Shown: piece after piece, positions 60,335-64,000 of the stretch
How the letters are laid out: every line of letters begins with the position of its first letter
Position numbering within the stretch: position 1 is the stretch's first letter
From: an uncultured Desulfospira sp.
GTDB taxonomy: Bacteria > Desulfobacterota > Desulfobacteria > Desulfobacterales > Desulfobacteraceae
Length of the DNA: 64,000 bases
Assembly: GCA_963663165.1 (NCBI GenBank)
Contig: OY760175.1
Location: forward strand, 192,001 to 256,000
Reading direction: 5' to 3'
Position numbers and translations under genes: made by a program
The notes under the pieces: generated by a model
Database searches by the model: none
Told to the model about the DNA's origin: nothing
The model's input: the letters and a program-made list of their open reading frames with translations, nothing else

Positions 60335-61078
60335 TTACGGGTAGTTGACCTTCTCAAGAAAAAGCCCCCCTGCCGGGGCTGTGGCACCGGCAAGCCGGCG
60401 GTCTTTTACCTCTAAAATCTGTTTAAACTGTTTGGGTGATATCTTTTCATGCCCGGCATCCACCAGGGTGCCGACAATATTGCGGACCATGTTTTTTAAA
60501 AACCCGGAGGCACAGACTTTAAAGACGATGGTGTCGTTATCCCCCACGTCCGTACGGGCAAAGAAAATCTGCCGCTGGGTGGAGGTCCGGGGGCTGCCCG
60601 TGTTTTCAAAGGATTTAAAATCGTGGGTGCCCTGAAGAAAGCGGCAGCACTGGTTCATCAGATCAAGGTTAAGGGGGGCGCGGACATGCCACAGATAATC
60701 TTTTCCAATGGCGCAGGGGTCCTGCCGGTTCAGAATAATATAGTGGTACTCTTTGGAAAAGGCACTGTACTGGGCATGAAATTGATTGTCCACTATGCGG
60801 CAGTCCCGGATCACCACGGGGTACCGGATCAGGCTGTTGATCCCTTTTTTGAGTTCTTCGGGAGTGACCCGTGTTTTGGCCTTAAAGCTTGCCACCTGGC
60901 CCCGGGCGTGAACCCCGGCATCGGTTCTTCCCGAACCTGAGATGGCAATTTCCTGGTTAAGGATGATGGAGATGGTTTTTTCTAACTCTCCCTGGACCGT
61001 TACCCGGTCCTTTTGCCGCTGCCAGCCAAAGAAGGGGGTGCCGTCATACTCAATAACGAGTTTGAAGTTCAGGGTCAT
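60335..61078 (-). CDS. truA: tRNA pseudouridine(38-40) synthase
   Basis: YDGT.F.GWQ, GRTDAGVHA, FLKNMVR. Confidence 0.96.
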   Translation of the reverse strand: MTLNFKLVIEYDGTPFFGWQRQKDRVTVQGELEKTISIILNQEIAISGSGRTDAGVHARGQVASFKAKTRVTPEELKKGINSLIRYPVVIRDCRIVDNQFHAQYSAFSKEYHYIILNRQDPCAIGKDYLWHVRAPLNLDLMNQCCRFLQGTHDFKSFENTGSPRTSTQRQIFFARTDVGDNDTIVFKVCASGFLKNMVRNIVGTLVDAGHEKISPKQFKQILEVKDRRLAGATAPAGGLFLEKVNYP

Positions 61079-61524
61079 TGCGCCGGGTCGTTGTCTTCTT
61101 TGAAATGGGCGGCCATGAGGCTGCCGGCCTGTTCAATGTCCCGGGAAAGGGTTGCCGCGGTCTGCTGTCCCAGGATTTTGGTGTAGTTGCGGTAAAGGTT
61201 CAGGTAGGCCTTTGCCAGGTCCGGTTTGAGCTGCAGGCATTTTTCGGTGGGAAGGACCTGGATGGTTTTGCCCCTGTTTTTTCTTCGTAATAGCTTTTTT
61301 CGGGTAAGGGCATCCATGAACCGGGTAATGGTGGAGGGGCTCAGCTGCATCTGCCGGCTCAGTTCTTTGGGGCTTATGCCGGGCTGGTCAAGGATGAGGA
61401 GCAACAGGGAGGCATGGGCCGGGGAGAGCTTTAACGGCTTGAATTCGGTATCCGCCAGTTTCAGCATCTGCCTTGACAAGACATTGACATGATAAAACAG
61501 GCAGCCGCTGAAAAAAGAATCCAT
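61075..61524 (-). CDS. MarR family regulator
   Basis: GISPKELS...STITRFMDAL wHTH. Confidence 0.85.
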   Translation of the reverse strand: MDSFFSGCLFYHVNVLSRQMLKLADTEFKPLKLSPAHASLLLLILDQPGISPKELSRQMQLSPSTITRFMDALTRKKLLRRKNRGKTIQVLPTEKCLQLKPDLAKAYLNLYRNYTKILGQQTAATLSRDIEQAGSLMAAHFKEDNDPAQ

Positions 61525-61632
61525 AAATTATCCGGTATGGGGTCTTAAGATAACATTCATTTTTACAAATATGCTTTTTCCATTCAGAAATCAACAGTGT
61601 GAAAAAAAATACCTAAAAGTGAGACATTTTTT

Positions 61633-62496
61633 TCATAGTTTGGGTAATTTTTTACCCAATGGGTTGTTAATGCTGTGGGTTCTCAATAACGCAAGCCCCG
61701 GCAGGGCCAGCAGCCAGAAGCTTGCGGGGATCGGAACCGGGTAAGCCGTTGCGATCACCAGGGCTTCATCGCCCCAGAATACCGGGTCCTGGCCGGACAC
61801 TTCGCCGGTGGTGTAGGCATAGGCAAAATCAAACCATTCCCCGGCCAGGAGAATGCCGTCGCCGTCAGCGTCGGCACTCAGGTTTTCCAGTCCGTTGATC
61901 AGGCCTTGTGTGAATATACTCAGGGCGTCATTCCAGCCATAAGACTCCTGATCTTCCTGGCTGGAACCTAAAAAGGTCAGGTTCGAAACCGTGTTTAAGT
62001 CATTGGTGCCGCCGATGAATCCGCCGCTGTAGCAGGCGTCCATAATAACGATGGTGGTAACGCCCTCAAAGGCCTGGGTGTTGAAGATTTGGGCAAGCGC
62101 ATCGTCTGTCAGCTGGTCTGAGTCACCCCAAAGTCCCACGGTTTCATCCCAGGCATCTGATGCAAAACTCTTTGCACCGGTTTCATCGGGATCACTGTCG
62201 CTGTCTGATATATAACCGCCATGCCCCGAGTATACAAAGAAAAGGGTGTCCCCCGGGCTCAGCAGGCTTGCCCAGTCCGTGAGTGCGGCAGTGATGCCCG
62301 TGCCGGTCTGATTCGCCAGTGTAAAAGAATTGGATTCAAGCTCTTCCAAGGTGTAAAGGCTGCTCAAGGCAGCAGATATTGCATCAACATCTTCGATATA
62401 GCCGTCGTTCCCAATGCCGGCAAACCAGATGGACGCAAAAACAGGCAGGGGCAGAAAAATCAGGGCAAGGCCGGCCAGCACAGGGGGTAATTTCAA
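61633..62496 (-). CDS. Exported caspase-family (C14) peptidase with VPIPA (PEP-CTERM-like) sorting signal
   Basis: YSGHG, DACYSG, C-terminal PVPIPASFWLL... Confidence 0.8.
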   Translation of the reverse strand: MKLPPVLAGLALIFLPLPVFASIWFAGIGNDGYIEDVDAISAALSSLYTLEELESNSFTLANQTGTGITAALTDWASLLSPGDTLFFVYSGHGGYISDSDSDPDETGAKSFASDAWDETVGLWGDSDQLTDDALAQIFNTQAFEGVTTIVIMDACYSGGFIGGTNDLNTVSNLTFLGSSQEDQESYGWNDALSIFTQGLINGLENLSADADGDGILLAGEWFDFAYAYTTGEVSGQDPVFWGDEALVIATAYPVPIPASFWLLALPGLALLRTHSINNPLGKKLPKL

Positions 62497-62594
62497 CTTG
62501 GAACAGGCTCCTTTTATGGTTTTGGCTGTGGGTAACCGTCAACATTCATGAGGGCATTAACTTTAAATCCCATTTCAATTATCATGAGTAAATA

Positions 62595-62610
62595 AGCAAA
62601 ATCCGTTCCC
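62595..62610 (-). promoter_or_regulatory. Sigma-54 promoter candidate
   Basis: GGGAAC-GGATT-TTGCT. Confidence 0.55.
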
Positions 62611-62761
62611 AAGTTGAAAAGAATTTAAATTTTCATGAACGGTTCAGGGTTGAACTCAAAGGGTAAATATTATAAAACCGTCACGGGTGACCAGGCTTTA
62701 ACACCAGCGAAAAAAACCGGCTCAATAAGCAACGGTAACAATTTTTTTTAAGGAGGCAGCC

Positions 62762-63439
62762 ATGAAACTAAGATATTTTTCCCATTCAGCGTTTCAACTG
62801 ACAACGGATCAGGGGCTTAAAATCCTGTTTGACCCCTTTCTGGACGGCAACCCCACCTGCCCGGTCTCTTCGGACCAGGTGGATGCCGGGTTTATTTTGC
62901 TCAGTCACGGGCACGGTGATCACTTGGGGGACACCCTGTCCATTGCCAGGCGGTGCGGCAGCCTCTGTATCGCGGAAAACGAACTGGCCTCCTATCTTGG
63001 CGCCAAGGGCCTGTCCTCCCATACCATGCATATCGGCGGGGCCTATGACTTTGATTTTGGGCGGGTCAAGCTGACCCAGGCCTTTCATACCTCGGTGACC
63101 CCGGACAAGGAATGCCACGGCGCCCCAACCGGAATTCTCGTGACCGCCGATGGCAAAACCATTTACCATATGGGGGACACCGGGCTTTTTTCCGATTTAA
63201 AACTTATTGGAGAGATGAATGCCATCGACTATATGCTCACCCCCATCGGGGATAACTTTACCATGGGCATTGATGATGCGGTCAAGGCCTGTGAATTTGT
63301 CCGGCCCAAAACCGTGATCCCCATGCATTATAACACGTTCCCGGTCATAGAATGTGATCCGCTTGAGTTCAAGAAAAAAGTTGAGGCCTGCGGCATGGAC
63401 TGCCGGGTCATGGAATTTGGACAGGAAATGGATATCTGA
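62762..63439 (+). CDS. UPF0173 metal-dependent hydrolase (MBL fold)
   Basis: SHGHGDH, YHMGDT, IPMHYNTF. Confidence 0.92.
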   Translation: MKLRYFSHSAFQLTTDQGLKILFDPFLDGNPTCPVSSDQVDAGFILLSHGHGDHLGDTLSIARRCGSLCIAENELASYLGAKGLSSHTMHIGGAYDFDFGRVKLTQAFHTSVTPDKECHGAPTGILVTADGKTIYHMGDTGLFSDLKLIGEMNAIDYMLTPIGDNFTMGIDDAVKACEFVRPKTVIPMHYNTFPVIECDPLEFKKKVEACGMDCRVMEFGQEMDI

Positions 63440-63450
63440 TTTAGCATAAC

Positions 63451-64000
63451 ATGGACATTACCCGACAGTTTAAAGCCCTTTCCGATTCAACCCGGCTTAG
63501 GTTGCTCAATGTGTTGAACCAGTGTGAACTCAGTGTGAGTGAGATCGTGTCCATTGTGGACATGATACAGTCCGGGGTGTCCCGGCATTTAAAGATCCTG
63601 CTGGAGTCCGGCCTGCTGGTTTCCCGCAAACAGGGCAGTTATATTTATTATTCCGCCAACCGGGCTAACCATAATCAAATATTGATCGATTATGTTTGTG
63701 CCATGGCCAAACAGGAACCGGTCTGCTGCCGGGACCTTGAAAAGGCCGGGCAGAGCATCGAAAACCGCAAAAGCAGAAGCCGCCGGTTTTTCAGGACCGT
63801 AGCCCCCCAGTGGGACCGGCTCAAAAAAGAGGTTTTAGGGGAGTTTAACCTCAATGATGTCCTGAAAAGTCAAATTAACGGGGCGGGTGCTGTTGCTGAT
63901 TTAGGATGCGGAACAGGGGAACTGCTCGAATGCCTGCATATGGATAAAACCATGTTCGGTGCCTGCGCTCTGATCGGCGTGGATTCTTCACCGGAAATGC
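63451..64000 (+). CDS. ArsR-HTH plus SAM methyltransferase (SahR-like), runs off window end
   Basis: FKALSDSTRLRL...QSGVSRHLKIL; ADLGCGTG. Confidence 0.85.
   Translation, partial: MDITRQFKALSDSTRLRLLNVLNQCELSVSEIVSIVDMIQSGVSRHLKILLESGLLVSRKQGSYIYYSANRANHNQILIDYVCAMAKQEPVCCRDLEKAGQSIENRKSRSRRFFRTVAPQWDRLKKEVLGEFNLNDVLKSQINGAGAVADLGCGTGELLECLHMDKTMFGACALIGVDSSPEM

Overview
Chromosomal window from a sulfate-reducing deltaproteobacterium (Desulfobacteraceae-like, inferred from gene content). 1-18.4 kb is core: kdsA-kdsC-lptCAB-rpoN-hpf-ptsN-rapZ-PTS IIA, M23 peptidase, DUF39 homocysteine-synthesis protein, lepB, pyrBC, a PilR-like regulator, tRNA-Pro, purA, tadA. 18451-40494 is a ~22-kb island integrated in tRNA-Arg(ACG) with a 67-bp att repeat. 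It reads as a cos-type phage satellite (PICI-like): integrase, AlpA-like protein, primase and helicase with iterons, a lambda-like cosQ/cosN/R3 site and a Nu1/Rpp-like small terminase. It has no recognisable capsid, portal or large terminase, yet carries a 953-aa tape-measure protein, a DUF2190 cement protein, a tandem scaffold-tail-like protein and several antisense/leader RNA candidates. A three-level nested IS stack sits inside it, and two of those IS carry DUF4338/DruA-like passenger genes. The right part holds signalling and metabolic genes, a second IS copy, and a decaying mosaic (52-58.6 kb) with two TA loci, repeat-delimited modules, a c-di-GMP riboswitch-led surface-protein remnant and an orphan DGR-like variable repeat. 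All family assignments are by motif recognition; no searches were run.
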